Counted from the stretch's first letter, positions 37,568-48,833 are shown. The stretch is DNA of 64,000 nucleotides from Saprospiraceae bacterium (GCA_031426295.1 JANPKZ010000012.1:6099-70098); one strand, 5' to 3'. Program-made: numbers and translations. Notes: a model not told the origin generated them from the letters alone.

Positions 37568-40261
37568 ATGAAAAATGTAATTCTCCTCATTGCTCTTCTC
37601 TCGTTCCTGGCACCAGTTACAGCACAGATGAATGTAAAGGGAACAATCACCAATGAAGCCGGCGAACCGCTGACAGGTGTCAATATTGCTGAAAAAGGAA
37701 CAATTAAAGGAACGGCGACCAACTTCGATGGTGCGTACCAAATCTCCGTGGCCAGTGAAGGAGCTATCCTCATCTTTAGCTATGTAGGTTATGAAACGAT
37801 CGAATTAAGTGTTGATGGGCGTGAAGAACTTAACGTCGTGATGACAGAAGGTCTGTCACTTGGCGAGGTGCAGATCGTCGGATCCCGTTCTTATAAAAGA
37901 TCCTCCACAGATGCACCGGTACCCATTGATGTGATCGATATCAATGAGCTGGCCAGTATCCAGGGCAAAGCAGAAGTCAACCAGATCCTGCAGTACGCAG
38001 CTCCATCCTTTAATGCCACAAAACAATCAGGTTCGGACGGAGCAGATCATATTGATCCCGCATCGTTGCGTGGGCTCGGTCCCGATCAGACGCTTGTACT
38101 GATCAATGGAAAGCGCAGACACCAGTCATCACTCATCAACGTATTCGGTACACGTGGCAGGGGTAATACAGGAACAGACCTTAATGCAATTCCGGCGGCA
38201 TCCATTAAGCGGATTGAAATATTGCGTGACGGATCATCAGCACAATATGGTTCTGATGCTATTGCGGGAGTTATGAATATTATACTTAATGATCAGACGG
38301 AAGGATTATCGGGTGGCATATTATATGGCGCATACAGTACCGGTATTGGTGATGGATATGAAGAACAGGCAGGTGATGCGCTATGGAATATAGAAGGCAA
38401 GCAACGCCTGGATGGAAAAGAAAAAAGCTTTGATGGCAACACCCTTAAATTTGATCTGAACTATGGTCTCGATATTGGAGAGGAGGGAGGCTTCGCAAAT
38501 TTCACCACAGAGTTTTTAAGCAAAGAACGTACGCTGCGTCCATCATGGTCATGGCGTAAAGGATATGGCAGTGCTGCTATAGACGGCTTTAATTTTATGA
38601 TCAACACGGCCATTCCGGTGAGTCCGAATACTGAAGTATATGCGTTTGGTGGACGCAATTTCCGCGATACGGATGCCTATGCTTTTTCCCGCGATAGTTA
38701 TGAAAGTGGTGATGTACGTACAGTGCCAAGCCTGGATCCGGAACATGATGGATTTACGCCCCACATCACTTCCAATATTACTGATGTATCTGCATCAGCA
38801 GGTATACGGCATACTATGGAAAATGGATGGGTCGCAGATTTCAACAACACCTATGGAAGCAACCTCTTCCATTATTTTATCAAAGGGACAAACAATGCAT
38901 CTCTTAAAGCTGCCTCACCAACTGATTTTGATGCGGGTGGTCACAGCCTTTCACAGAATACAACAGGACTTGATTTTACAAAATATCATGAGGATATCAT
39001 GGATGGTCTTAACCTGGCTTTTGGTTTAGAATACCGGGTAGAAAACTTTGAAATCTTTGCCGGGGAAGAAGCATCGTATGCATTGTACGATAACAATGGC
39101 CGTCCGATCATTGATCCGACAACACAAACACCAGCTACGGATACAGCGGGGGTAGAACTACCTGGTGGAGCACAAGGATTTCCCGGGTATAGTCCTGCAA
39201 ACGAAGTTGACAGGGGCCGTACAAATTTTGGTGTATATGGCGACGCAGAACTCAATGTTACAAAAGCTTTCCTGGTAGGTGGTGCATTACGTTTTGAAAA
39301 ATATAGTGACTTTGGAGAAACGTTTAATTTTAAGCTGAGCAGCAGGTATAAATTCAGCAATGTGATCTCGTTGCGCGGATCAGTATCCTCAGGTTTCCGT
39401 GCTCCATCACTGGCGCAGATACATTACAATCTCATCTTCAACAATTTTGTGGCAGGGGAGTCATTGCCCTCGTTGCTCTCATCTAATACAAGTACCGTTA
39501 CACGGGCTTTTGGTATCGGCCCATTGCAGGAAGAGACCGCATTTAATGCAAGTCTTGGTCTGACGCTCGCATCGGGTCCATTCAGCGCTACGATTGATGG
39601 ATATTCTATTTCCGTTAAAGACCGGATTGTGCTGACTGATAATTTTGATGCCAGTGGTCTTGGTCTCGGTGTGGAAGTAGCGCAGTTTTTTGCCAATGGT
39701 GTTGACACAAAAACGACAGGCGTTGATCTGGTGGTAGCGTATCAGAAATTTTTCTCCAATAACAATCGTCTGAACATAAGCCTTGCAGGTAATGTAAATG
39801 ATCTCAAGATTGAAAAAATCAATAATGGCAACCTGAATGAATTTACATTCTTTGGTCCCTTTTCAAGGGCATATCTTGAAGCGGCCGCACCGGATTATAA
39901 ATTTGGTTTGAGCGCGGGCTTTGGTACAAGAAGATTTGACATCAATGCAGGTGTCACATTATTTAGTGATGTGATCATCCAGGATTTCCAGTGGATTGAT
40001 TCACCAGCCACCAATCAGGCTGAAGCAGATGCATTGTATTTAATTGCTACAGATACATATGAATCAGCAATAACAGTAGACCTGAGCATTGGGTATCTGC
40101 TGACCAGCAAAATTCGTCTTACCGTAGGCGCTAACAATCTGTTGAATACTTATCCAACACCACAATTTGATGGCTGGACAGACCAGGGTGGATTCAATGA
40201 TTCTGTGCAGATGGGAAGTGATGGGGCGTTTTATTTTGCAAGACTCGGATTCAAACTTTAA
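37568..40261 (+). CDS. TonB-dependent receptor with N-terminal carboxypeptidase-regulatory-like domain
   Basis: 897 aa. Signal peptide, CarbopepD_reg-like VKGTITNEAGEPLTGVNI, plug domain (...IEILRDGSSAQYGSDAIAGVMNI), long beta-barrel. Confidence 0.9.
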   Translation: MKNVILLIALLSFLAPVTAQMNVKGTITNEAGEPLTGVNIAEKGTIKGTATNFDGAYQISVASEGAILIFSYVGYETIELSVDGREELNVVMTEGLSLGEVQIVGSRSYKRSSTDAPVPIDVIDINELASIQGKAEVNQILQYAAPSFNATKQSGSDGADHIDPASLRGLGPDQTLVLINGKRRHQSSLINVFGTRGRGNTGTDLNAIPAASIKRIEILRDGSSAQYGSDAIAGVMNIILNDQTEGLSGGILYGAYSTGIGDGYEEQAGDALWNIEGKQRLDGKEKSFDGNTLKFDLNYGLDIGEEGGFANFTTEFLSKERTLRPSWSWRKGYGSAAIDGFNFMINTAIPVSPNTEVYAFGGRNFRDTDAYAFSRDSYESGDVRTVPSLDPEHDGFTPHITSNITDVSASAGIRHTMENGWVADFNNTYGSNLFHYFIKGTNNASLKAASPTDFDAGGHSLSQNTTGLDFTKYHEDIMDGLNLAFGLEYRVENFEIFAGEEASYALYDNNGRPIIDPTTQTPATDTAGVELPGGAQGFPGYSPANEVDRGRTNFGVYGDAELNVTKAFLVGGALRFEKYSDFGETFNFKLSSRYKFSNVISLRGSVSSGFRAPSLAQIHYNLIFNNFVAGESLPSLLSSNTSTVTRAFGIGPLQEETAFNASLGLTLASGPFSATIDGYSISVKDRIVLTDNFDASGLGLGVEVAQFFANGVDTKTTGVDLVVAYQKFFSNNNRLNISLAGNVNDLKIEKINNGNLNEFTFFGPFSRAYLEAAAPDYKFGLSAGFGTRRFDINAGVTLFSDVIIQDFQWIDSPATNQAEADALYLIATDTYESAITVDLSIGYLLTSKIRLTVGANNLLNTYPTPQFDGWTDQGGFNDSVQMGSDGAFYFARLGFKL

Positions 40262-40508
40262 TTTAGATACACTTTAATTCCAGGTGACCACCTGTGACTG
40301 AATCTGCGGGTTCAACACAGGACATTTTTTATCGGTCAGGACAACCCACGCTGCCTACAGATCAACCAAATCTGTTAATGGCTCAACGCCTATTGATTTT
40401 TTTAATAGCAGGACCTATTTTTAGACCTCGCTTTTGGAGGCAATGCGCAGCTGCTAGTTAAGTGACCATATTTGACCGTGTCATTACATAACCCGAAATA
40501 AAAACTCA

Positions 40509-41828
40509 ATGTCTATGAAAAAAATTCTACTCTTAATGATCGGACTGTTTGTATACAGTTCAACATTTACACAGCCCACCATTACAATTATTGCAAGTGA
40601 TCTGCGGGGACCTGTTGGTATTGAAATTGATGGGACAGGTGCTCTATGGATTGCAGAAGGAGGAAGTGGCCAACAGGACGGTTCAGTATCTGTGATCTGG
40701 CCTGATGGAACAGTAGAACGCGTTATAGATAGTCTCCCATCTGCATTTGACCCGATGTCAGGAGAAACGTTTGGTCCTGTGCGAGCACAACCAGTGGATG
40801 ATCAATACCTGGCAGTCTTCACAGGAGAAGCACCGAGTGAATATGTGTCCTCTGTTTTGATCTATCCGTTTTCGGCTTTTACGCAGGGGAATCCACCACT
40901 GCACCCTTCCGATGCTGCACATGTTATCAACGTGGGTGAATTTGTACACCGATATGGTCTTCCACAAAGCGACCCGTATACACTAGTGCATGATGGCTGC
41001 GACATGTATATCGCGGATGCTGCAGCGAATGCAATCATCCGCCGTGACGGGCTTACAGGGGTACTTGATTTTTTTGCCACATTTCCCGACGAGCCGAATC
41101 CTATTCCGGTAGGGCCGCCCTTTTACCAGGCTGTCCCCACGCGTATACTGCACAATCCTGATGGTGGATTTGTTGTCTCGCAATTGACTGGTTTTCCATT
41201 TATTGATGGAGTTTCCCAGATTTTTAATGTGGATGACGAAGGAAATGTCAGCGTGCGCCACAGCGATCTTACATTGGTGACGGATATGCTTTGGTCACCT
41301 GATGGTGATGGACTTGTGGCATTGCAGTTTGCGCGGTTCAGCCTTGACAGTGTTCCGCCCTTTATCCTGAATTCATCTATGATCCTGCATTTGCATGATG
41401 ATGGAACACGGGATACATTGCTCAGTGACTTTGGACCGAGTCCGGGCATGACGCGAGATGAAAATGAAAATTATTATGTAACCAACCTGTTCTTTGGTAC
41501 AGTGATGAAAATTGAAAACCTGGCTACGGGTTTCGCGGATCCTAACGATACTGGTAAGGGACGGATGGTGGTTTTTCCAAATCCTGCCAATGATATTCTC
41601 AATGTTGAATTTTATTTAGAGACATCGGAGGAAGTCACGATATCGCTCACGGATATGAGCGGAAGATTGGTATACGAAAAACGCCTGGGATCGCTTATTG
41701 CTGGTCAGCAACAGTATCAGCTTGATGTAAAAGAATGGAGTGCACACTCTTCAGGACTGGCGCATGGCATACTATCTATCAAAGCAGGTGATGCTATTCA
41801 GTCACAAACTGTAGTGACGCGATTTTGA
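40509..41828 (+). CDS. Secreted beta-propeller-like protein with a T9SS type-A C-terminal sorting domain
   Basis: 439 aa. Signal peptide, LRGPVGIEIDGTGALWIAEGGSG-type blades (ScyD/ScyE-like from memory), C-terminus VVFPNPANDILNVEFY.... Confidence 0.6.
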   Translation: MSMKKILLLMIGLFVYSSTFTQPTITIIASDLRGPVGIEIDGTGALWIAEGGSGQQDGSVSVIWPDGTVERVIDSLPSAFDPMSGETFGPVRAQPVDDQYLAVFTGEAPSEYVSSVLIYPFSAFTQGNPPLHPSDAAHVINVGEFVHRYGLPQSDPYTLVHDGCDMYIADAAANAIIRRDGLTGVLDFFATFPDEPNPIPVGPPFYQAVPTRILHNPDGGFVVSQLTGFPFIDGVSQIFNVDDEGNVSVRHSDLTLVTDMLWSPDGDGLVALQFARFSLDSVPPFILNSSMILHLHDDGTRDTLLSDFGPSPGMTRDENENYYVTNLFFGTVMKIENLATGFADPNDTGKGRMVVFPNPANDILNVEFYLETSEEVTISLTDMSGRLVYEKRLGSLIAGQQQYQLDVKEWSAHSSGLAHGILSIKAGDAIQSQTVVTRF

Positions 41829-41842
41829 CTAAAGGCATTTTG

Positions 41843-41887
41843 AAAAAAAACAGGAAGGCTTATGTCGTAAGCCTTCCTGTTTTTTTA
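41843..41887. terminator. Bidirectional rho-independent terminator
   Basis: An A8 run, then a 13-bp stem acaggaaggctta / taagccttcctgt with loop tgtcg, then a T-run. It lies between convergent genes. Confidence 0.8.
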
Positions 41888-41922
41888 TGGGAGGACAATT
41901 TTAAAATTGAATTTTATGCAAA

Positions 41923-42192
41923 TCAGTTTTTTAAAAAAAACTGAAGGTCAAAATAATTTCCGGAAATAAATTTTACAAAATACAATCCCGCAGGAAGATG
42001 TTGAACTGGAATGTTGACCTCGCCCGGGTAATTAAATTTCTGATCCTGGAGCAACATTCTGCCATCAGGAGAAAAGACTTCGATGAGTAGCTCGCCTTTT
42101 AAATTTTCCTGTATTGCCAGGTGTAGAATTTCACCAACGGGATTCGGGGTGATACTGAATAAGCCCTCTTCACTATTAGCCGGGTCATCCAC
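41923..42192 (-). pseudogene. Orphan T9SS type-A C-terminal sorting domain (CTD-only ORF, likely a remnant)
   Basis: 89 aa from a GTG start. LFSITPNPVGEILHLAI...GLYFVKF is a complete CTD with no passenger. The frame is open only to 42231 and has no ATG. Confidence 0.5.
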
Positions 42193-42262
42193 TCCGGTGA
42201 TGAAAGGATTTTCTAGATTGTCCTGATGATGTCAAAAGCAATGAGTGGTAAAAGACAAGCTG

Positions 42263-44119
42263 TCAATAGTTGAGATACTCATCATAATGCGTCTGCAAAT
42301 ACGCCTTCGCATCCAGCACGAGGCTATCATTTGCAGCGTAAGATCCTATCGTATTTAATGTCTTCGATGTGTAGAAATAAATAAATTTTTCAGAAGGTGT
42401 GACCCACCCTAATGTGTAATCAGTCGTGTAATATGCAAAGCGTTTACTGTTCGGGTTCAGCAGGTCCTTACTTCGGGTGAATTTGTCAGATGACTGTCCA
42501 AGCTGATGCAACAATGTTGCAGCAATGTCATTTTGATTTCCAATAAGTTTAATTTTCTTTCCCTTAACATGGTCCTTTAATACATTTCCATAAAACAATA
42601 ACGGAATACGCTTGGATTGAGGGAGATTCAGGTTAGATTTTTTGGGAAGACGATGACCGTGATCAGCTACCAAAATAAATAAGGTATTGTCATACCATGG
42701 TTGTTGTTTCGCCATGCGAAAATATTCACCGAGACATTTATCAGAATAGTAAGCTGCATTCCGGAATTTGTCAGATTCATTTTTTCCCGGAAATTTTGTT
42801 TCCATCGGAACTTCAAATGGTTCGTGAGAGCTTAACGTCAGCAAAACTGAAAAGAATGGCTGCTCTGTTTCATTCAGGTCGCTGATTTGTTTTTCAAAAA
42901 CAAATTCATCGTGCGCACCCCACTTCATGCTTAATTCGTTTTCTTTAAAATCTGCCTGGTCGATAATCTTTTTAAAACCTGCATTCAACAAATAACTTTT
43001 CATGTTGACAAAACCAATTTCACCTCCATAATAAAATGAAGAGTGATAACCTGAATTACTGAATACCTCATTAATATTGCCAAGCTTCTCCACTTTATAT
43101 GGAACAGTGATAATGGATTGATGAGGTGGCGGAGGATATCCGCTGAGCACTGAGATCAGGCCATGTTCCGTCCGGGCACCTGCAGAATAGATCTGAGTAA
43201 ACAGCAGTCCTTGTTGTACGAGTGAATCAAACCAGGGTGTAACATCAGGTTCGCCATCAAGAGATTTAATAATGTCTGCAGTCCAGCTTTCCAACAGGAG
43301 GATGACGACATTGGGGTTTTGTGTTTTTAATATAGTTGAATCAGGATTAGGGAATACATCGTATAAATGTTCAAGCCGCTTTTGTGCTATATTTGGATCC
43401 ATTGCGATATATGGATTATCTGTATGTTCTGTTTCCAGGAAGCTGTGAATAAAATACCAGAAAGAGTTGATCGCAGTATGATTATAAAAAGGTGAGTCAG
43501 AAAAATAAGCAGAGCTTTCATTCACCGGTATTTGCTGTATGCCACCACGAGCCGCTGTAATCAGTATAAACGGAAACGTGATCAGAAGCAGATACCTTGA
43601 CCATGCAGGACGTTGAAGTGAAATATCACCAACCCATTTTTTGAATAAGAAAATAGTCAACAACGTTACCAATGCACACAATGAAGCCAGCAGGAGCAAA
43701 TCGGTCACTGAAACAAATGCCATAACCTCTTTTGGATATTTCAAATAATCAAACACCTTATAACTTACCAGCGATTGCCAGTCATGATACAATTGTACAC
43801 TGGAGACATTTAAGAATGCGAGACCAAACAGCAGGAATCCATAGAACCAATTATGGATGAGCGATAATTTTTTGTTTGGAAGAAACTGATGAAAAACCCA
43901 AAGCAGGTATGCCGGTAGAAGGAGGTAAGCGATCGTTGAAAAATCTAAACGTATCCCGGCAACAAGGCTATAGAGTGTATCTGTTATTGAAATGGCGTGG
44001 CCATGCAGACAAAAGGATGCAATAAAAACAAAACGGAAAAGCGTAAAGGTGAAAAGCCAGAAGACAACATGGCGAAGGAAAAAATGAAGTCGGCGATGGC
44101 CTGAAGCAGGTTTTTGCAT
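42263..44119 (-). CDS. LTA-synthase / sulfatase-family membrane protein (phosphoglycerol-transferase-like)
   Basis: 618 aa. Five or so N-terminal TM helices, then an alkaline-phosphatase-superfamily domain (NVVILLLESW, SSHEPF, VADHG). Confidence 0.8.
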   Translation of the reverse strand: MQKPASGHRRLHFFLRHVVFWLFTFTLFRFVFIASFCLHGHAISITDTLYSLVAGIRLDFSTIAYLLLPAYLLWVFHQFLPNKKLSLIHNWFYGFLLFGLAFLNVSSVQLYHDWQSLVSYKVFDYLKYPKEVMAFVSVTDLLLLASLCALVTLLTIFLFKKWVGDISLQRPAWSRYLLLITFPFILITAARGGIQQIPVNESSAYFSDSPFYNHTAINSFWYFIHSFLETEHTDNPYIAMDPNIAQKRLEHLYDVFPNPDSTILKTQNPNVVILLLESWTADIIKSLDGEPDVTPWFDSLVQQGLLFTQIYSAGARTEHGLISVLSGYPPPPHQSIITVPYKVEKLGNINEVFSNSGYHSSFYYGGEIGFVNMKSYLLNAGFKKIIDQADFKENELSMKWGAHDEFVFEKQISDLNETEQPFFSVLLTLSSHEPFEVPMETKFPGKNESDKFRNAAYYSDKCLGEYFRMAKQQPWYDNTLFILVADHGHRLPKKSNLNLPQSKRIPLLFYGNVLKDHVKGKKIKLIGNQNDIAATLLHQLGQSSDKFTRSKDLLNPNSKRFAYYTTDYTLGWVTPSEKFIYFYTSKTLNTIGSYAANDSLVLDAKAYLQTHYDEYLNY

Positions 44120-44147
44120 TTAGGGGTTAAAAATATGTAAAGTAGCT

Positions 44148-45128
44148 TTAAAGGGATACCTGATTTTTATGTTTTATTATTTCGGCAGTGATGCTCACAG
44201 CAATCTCTTCCGGTGTATGGCTATCTATCGGGATGCCAACGGGTGCATGCAGTTCTTGGATCCATTCTGTTTCCACACCAGAAGTTTTAAGTTCGGTGAG
44301 CAACGTGGCAACCTTTGATTTACTACCCAGCAAGCCAATATACGAGAACGACGACCTGCTGAGTTTCTGTAGCGCAACTAAGTCGGATCTATATCCTAAC
44401 GTCATGATGACTACATACACATTGGATCCATTCGGGATAATTGTATCAACTTCATTGTAGTCCTCTAGTACGTGGATACGTTGAGCGAAAGTATTTTGAT
44501 GCAGGGTATTTAAATCCGGACGATCATCAATTACCGTTATGTAAAAATCAAATTTGGACATCAGCTCTGAAAGCGCCAAAGCACAATGGCCCCCACCGAT
44601 AATATAAAGCTGGTTTCCTTTCCCTGTTCTTTCCCGGTAGAGAAAATCTGTTTCAGTTATTTTTTCAAATGATGGGAACGGCTTGACGCCAGACCTTTTT
44701 TCTAATACCAATATAGCCTCTCCATCAATGTGTGAAATTGTCAAAAGTGCCGGCTCATAGTTTTCAATACAATCCATCAGCTCACGAACGAGATCAATAA
44801 ACTGTGGATTCACACGAAAATAAACGACAGTCTGTTCGCCCGAACAGATCATACCACTCTGGTCATATGCTACGTCCTTTCTGTGGACTTGGTGCTTGAT
44901 AAGAGACTCTTCTTCTGCATGCAACAGTTTTTTTGCATGTTCTACCATCTTCACTTCCATAATCCCACCGCCGATGCTGCCACAAATATCATCCTGTGAA
45001 ACAGCCATTTTAAATCCCTGTCGGCCCGGACTGCTGCCTGAGCTTTCAGTTACAATCAATAACATTACAGGATGTCCTGATTCCAGTTGCTGATGTACAA
45101 AATTCCAGACGAAAAGATTTTTATTCAT
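44148..45128 (-). CDS. xdhC: XdhC/CoxI-family molybdenum cofactor insertion chaperone
   Basis: 326 aa. N-terminal XdhC domain plus Rossmann-like LYIIGGGHCALAL. It lies directly after xdhB. Confidence 0.8.
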   Translation of the reverse strand: MNKNLFVWNFVHQQLESGHPVMLLIVTESSGSSPGRQGFKMAVSQDDICGSIGGGIMEVKMVEHAKKLLHAEEESLIKHQVHRKDVAYDQSGMICSGEQTVVYFRVNPQFIDLVRELMDCIENYEPALLTISHIDGEAILVLEKRSGVKPFPSFEKITETDFLYRERTGKGNQLYIIGGGHCALALSELMSKFDFYITVIDDRPDLNTLHQNTFAQRIHVLEDYNEVDTIIPNGSNVYVVIMTLGYRSDLVALQKLSRSSFSYIGLLGSKSKVATLLTELKTSGVETEWIQELHAPVGIPIDSHTPEEIAVSITAEIIKHKNQVSL

Positions 45129-45133
45129 CCGAA

Positions 45134-47422
45134 TTAGGATTGTCGGTGTACGTGTTCCGCCTGTTTCACAGGATCATGAAGACAAAGCAAAACCTTTTCA
45201 GGTGTGAAGGGTGCATCAAAACTTGGTGAAGCACCATGCCTGAAAGCACGAACTGCATCTCGGATTGCAAAGTATGTTCCGATACCATACATCAGCGGAG
45301 GCTCACCAACAGCTTTTGAAGAGAAGATGGCGAGATTATCATCTTCAACTGGCAATGGAATAATGGTAATCTCTTTTGGAATGCCGTAGATGTCAGGAAT
45401 CTTATACGTTGATAATGCATTTGATTTCAATACACCCTTTTCATCATATACAATTTCTTCCATGGTCATCCATCCAACACCCTGGACAATTCCGCCTTCA
45501 ATTTGGCCCATATCAATTAAGGTGTTCATGGATTTTCCAAAATCGTGAACGCCTTTCACATAATCAACTTCATACATGCCACGCACACAATCCAGCGTCA
45601 CACGCGTAATGGCACTTCCATATACATGATAAGCAAACGGATGCCCCTTGCCTTTGGACCAGTCAAAATGAACGCCAGGTGTTGCATAATGTGCATGCTC
45701 GCTCAGGCTGATGCGTTGTTCATATGCAAGGTGAACCAGTTTTTTCCAGGATAATGTAGTCGGTACGTTCTTATGATAAATATGATGTTCCTTAAGCGTA
45801 ATCGATTGCGTATCATTCTGAACCTGTAGTTCCTGTATAGCTACTCTTTTCAAACGTTCAAGAATTACTTCACACGCCATTGCTGTAGCCTTGCCGTTGA
45901 GATCAGCAGTGGCAGATGCAGCAGACGGAGAAGTATTGGCAATCCGGAATGTATTCGTGCTATGGATTTTAACAGCATCATGTGGGATAGAAAAAATCTG
46001 TTCGACGACCTGCCGGATTTTTGCATTCACACCCTGACCCATTTCAACCGCACCTGTTGACACACCAACTGTACCGTCGGTATACACATGTACCAATGAC
46101 CGGGCCTGGTTCATCAAAGATTTGGTAAAAGAAATTCCAAAACAAATTGGCATCACTGCAAGTCCTTGCTTTTTAAATGCGTGATCATGATTGAATTGAG
46201 CGACTTCCCTTCTAAGTTTTGCAAAATCAAATTGTTCATCAGCAGATGACCAGCTATCTACCGCCTCGCGTTCAGCCAGTTGGCCATATGGAAATTCATC
46301 TCCTTTCCGGATCAGGTTTTTTTCCTGGATGTATGCGGGACTGACATGTAATTTTTCAGCCGCATGTGTGATAGCTGATTCAATGACGAACATTCCTTGT
46401 GGACCACCAAAGCCACGGAATGCAGTATTGGGTGGTAAGTGAGTACGGCAACTGTAGGCTGTGGCTGTTACATTGGGTATATAGTAGCTGTTCGTGCAAT
46501 GAAACAATGTCCTTTCTAAAACTGCCGGAGAAAGATCTGCTGCAGCGCCTGCATTTTGATAAAAGACAACATTATAAGCAACGATTTTGTGATCGTCATC
46601 AAGCCCAATTTTGTAATCGGCCGAATATGGATGACGCTTGCCCGTCATGCGCATGTCTTCATCGCGATGCAGGCTGTACTTGACAGGTTTGCCGGTAAGT
46701 TGTGTTCCGAGTGCGCATAATGCAGCCCATGTATTCGCCTGATCTTCTTTGCCACCAAAACCTCCACCGAGACGTGTGACATCAACTTCAATTTGGTGCA
46801 TGCCGAGGCCTGTTACTTTTGCAATAGTTCGCTGAACCGCTGTGGGACCCTGTGTTGACGAGTGCACTTTTATACTACCGGCTTCTAACGGTATGGTGTA
46901 TGCACCTTGTGTTTCGATATACAGATGTTCCTGGCCATTAATGTCCGCACGTCCTTCAAAAATGTGTTTACATTTTTGAAATGCATCAGAAGTATCTCCA
47001 AGCTTAAAATGTTTTGGAGGAATGATCAACTCATTTTTTGCAAACGCAATGCGTGGGTCTGTGATCACTTCAAGAGGTTTTATGACCACCCTGATTTTTT
47101 TTACAGCATGACGCGCAATGTCTTCGCTTTCTGCGAGCACTAAAGCGATCGGCATGCCACAAAAGTGTACATGGTCTTCTGCAAGAAGAGGCTCATCCGC
47201 GATAATCCCTCCGATTTGATTTTTACCGGGTATATCTTTCGATACTATGATCTTAACTACTCCGGGAACACGTAATGCTTCTGTTACATCCAGCGATTCA
47301 ATCACACCATGCGCTAAGGGTGAGCCAAATGCACCTGCATACAACGTGTTCCTGACGACAGGAATATCGTCCAGGTAAACGGATTCACCACGTACATGCT
47401 GATAGGCATCCTGATTGATCAT
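45134..47422 (-). CDS. xdhB: Xanthine dehydrogenase molybdopterin-binding subunit
   Basis: 762 aa. Aldehyde-oxidase/xanthine-DH a/b hammerhead and MoCo-binding segments (GGGFGGKE, AFRGFGGPQG, KAVGEPP). Confidence 0.9.
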   Translation of the reverse strand: MINQDAYQHVRGESVYLDDIPVVRNTLYAGAFGSPLAHGVIESLDVTEALRVPGVVKIIVSKDIPGKNQIGGIIADEPLLAEDHVHFCGMPIALVLAESEDIARHAVKKIRVVIKPLEVITDPRIAFAKNELIIPPKHFKLGDTSDAFQKCKHIFEGRADINGQEHLYIETQGAYTIPLEAGSIKVHSSTQGPTAVQRTIAKVTGLGMHQIEVDVTRLGGGFGGKEDQANTWAALCALGTQLTGKPVKYSLHRDEDMRMTGKRHPYSADYKIGLDDDHKIVAYNVVFYQNAGAAADLSPAVLERTLFHCTNSYYIPNVTATAYSCRTHLPPNTAFRGFGGPQGMFVIESAITHAAEKLHVSPAYIQEKNLIRKGDEFPYGQLAEREAVDSWSSADEQFDFAKLRREVAQFNHDHAFKKQGLAVMPICFGISFTKSLMNQARSLVHVYTDGTVGVSTGAVEMGQGVNAKIRQVVEQIFSIPHDAVKIHSTNTFRIANTSPSAASATADLNGKATAMACEVILERLKRVAIQELQVQNDTQSITLKEHHIYHKNVPTTLSWKKLVHLAYEQRISLSEHAHYATPGVHFDWSKGKGHPFAYHVYGSAITRVTLDCVRGMYEVDYVKGVHDFGKSMNTLIDMGQIEGGIVQGVGWMTMEEIVYDEKGVLKSNALSTYKIPDIYGIPKEITIIPLPVEDDNLAIFSSKAVGEPPLMYGIGTYFAIRDAVRAFRHGASPSFDAPFTPEKVLLCLHDPVKQAEHVHRQS

Positions 47423-48813
47423 GGTGTACCGAACAATTCGATGAAATGAGCATGAAACAATTGTTGCAACAACAGTCGTTTGTATTCTTCTGATCCACGA
47501 ATATCAGAGATCGGGTCTATTTCGGACTGCAGTATAAATTGTAATTCCCGCCAGGTATGATCATCAAACGGAATGGTTTTGTGCGCGAGACATGATGACA
47601 GATTTTTCATGTAAAGCGGAATTGCAGAAACTCCGCCAGCAGATACATGAGCTTCTGCGATCATATTTCCATCCATCCGAAGAAACAAAGCGGTATTAAC
47701 TGTAGCAATGTCAAGGTGTTTACGTTTGCTTGCTTTTTCAAAATTGAAAAGGACATCCTCTGCAGGGCGGGTGAAATAAATTTTCTCAATAAATTCTTCC
47801 TCAGATTTTGCAAGTGTTTTATAACCCGTAAAAAAGTCACGCAGCGGAATTTCGCGTGATTCATGGTCCTGTAGGACTACAGTAGCATCCATAGCCAATA
47901 ACCAAATGACAAGATCTGCAATAGGAGAGGCATTTACAATATTTCCACCCACCGTTGCCATATTACGGATAGGTGTTGATGATACCAGTTTCAATTGCTG
48001 ATGAAGTTTTGGAAAATGACTCTGAAGTAATTCAGATTCCATGAGGTCTGTCACTGTTACAGATCCTCCGATCTCAATATAGTTGTCATTGAGCGTAATT
48101 TCATTTAACGTGGGCATATCAAAAAAAGTAAGGATGTCAGAATGAGTAAAATCTTCTGGTCGCTGGACATAGACATCAGTTCCTCCATTCATCATGGGTC
48201 TATTGCTATTCATCTTTTCAGGATGAACAGGAGACATTTCTTTCAGGCGAGATAGAATTGATTTAAAATATGGCGGTACGATACTTTGACCAATAGCAAA
48301 TTCTGGTTGAGTAGATCCGTCAAGGCTTTGCATAAGGAGGTCAATCTTTTTTGCAGCTCTTTCAATGGATTTATATCCGGTACACCGACAAATATTACCA
48401 TCGATGGATGCGATGATATTTGATTCAGATGGTGATTGACCAAGACAATGGTTAGTTAATGAAACAACAAAGCCGGGCGTACAGAATCCGCATTGTGTTC
48501 CGTTTTCATTGACCATGGCATGTTGCACCGGAGTTAATGATCCATCAGCCGGATTTATACCTTCAATCGTTACAATGTGTTTTCCCTGTGCGTTTATCAG
48601 GGGCATGAGACAGGATGTCATCGTTGCATAATGCACCTGATCATCTTTTAATCTGCCTACCATCACTGTGCATGCACCGCAATCACCTTCACGGCATCCG
48701 ATCTTGGTGCCCACCAGGTGTTGGTGGTAACGCACGTAATCCAGCATTGTCATGCCTGCAGGCAGGTTAGTATCTATGGTTTCATTATTAAGGATAAACG
48801 AAGTCATGTGCAA
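47419..48813 (-). CDS. xdhA: Xanthine dehydrogenase small subunit ([2Fe-2S] plus FAD-binding)
   Basis: 464 aa. CREGDCGACTV and CGFCTPG / CRCTGY iron-sulfur motifs and a FAD-binding-5 domain. ATGA overlap with xdhB. Confidence 0.9.
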   Translation of the reverse strand: MHMTSFILNNETIDTNLPAGMTMLDYVRYHQHLVGTKIGCREGDCGACTVMVGRLKDDQVHYATMTSCLMPLINAQGKHIVTIEGINPADGSLTPVQHAMVNENGTQCGFCTPGFVVSLTNHCLGQSPSESNIIASIDGNICRCTGYKSIERAAKKIDLLMQSLDGSTQPEFAIGQSIVPPYFKSILSRLKEMSPVHPEKMNSNRPMMNGGTDVYVQRPEDFTHSDILTFFDMPTLNEITLNDNYIEIGGSVTVTDLMESELLQSHFPKLHQQLKLVSSTPIRNMATVGGNIVNASPIADLVIWLLAMDATVVLQDHESREIPLRDFFTGYKTLAKSEEEFIEKIYFTRPAEDVLFNFEKASKRKHLDIATVNTALFLRMDGNMIAEAHVSAGGVSAIPLYMKNLSSCLAHKTIPFDDHTWRELQFILQSEIDPISDIRGSEEYKRLLLQQLFHAHFIELFGTP

Positions 48814-48833
48814 TGTGATGATAATAAATTACA

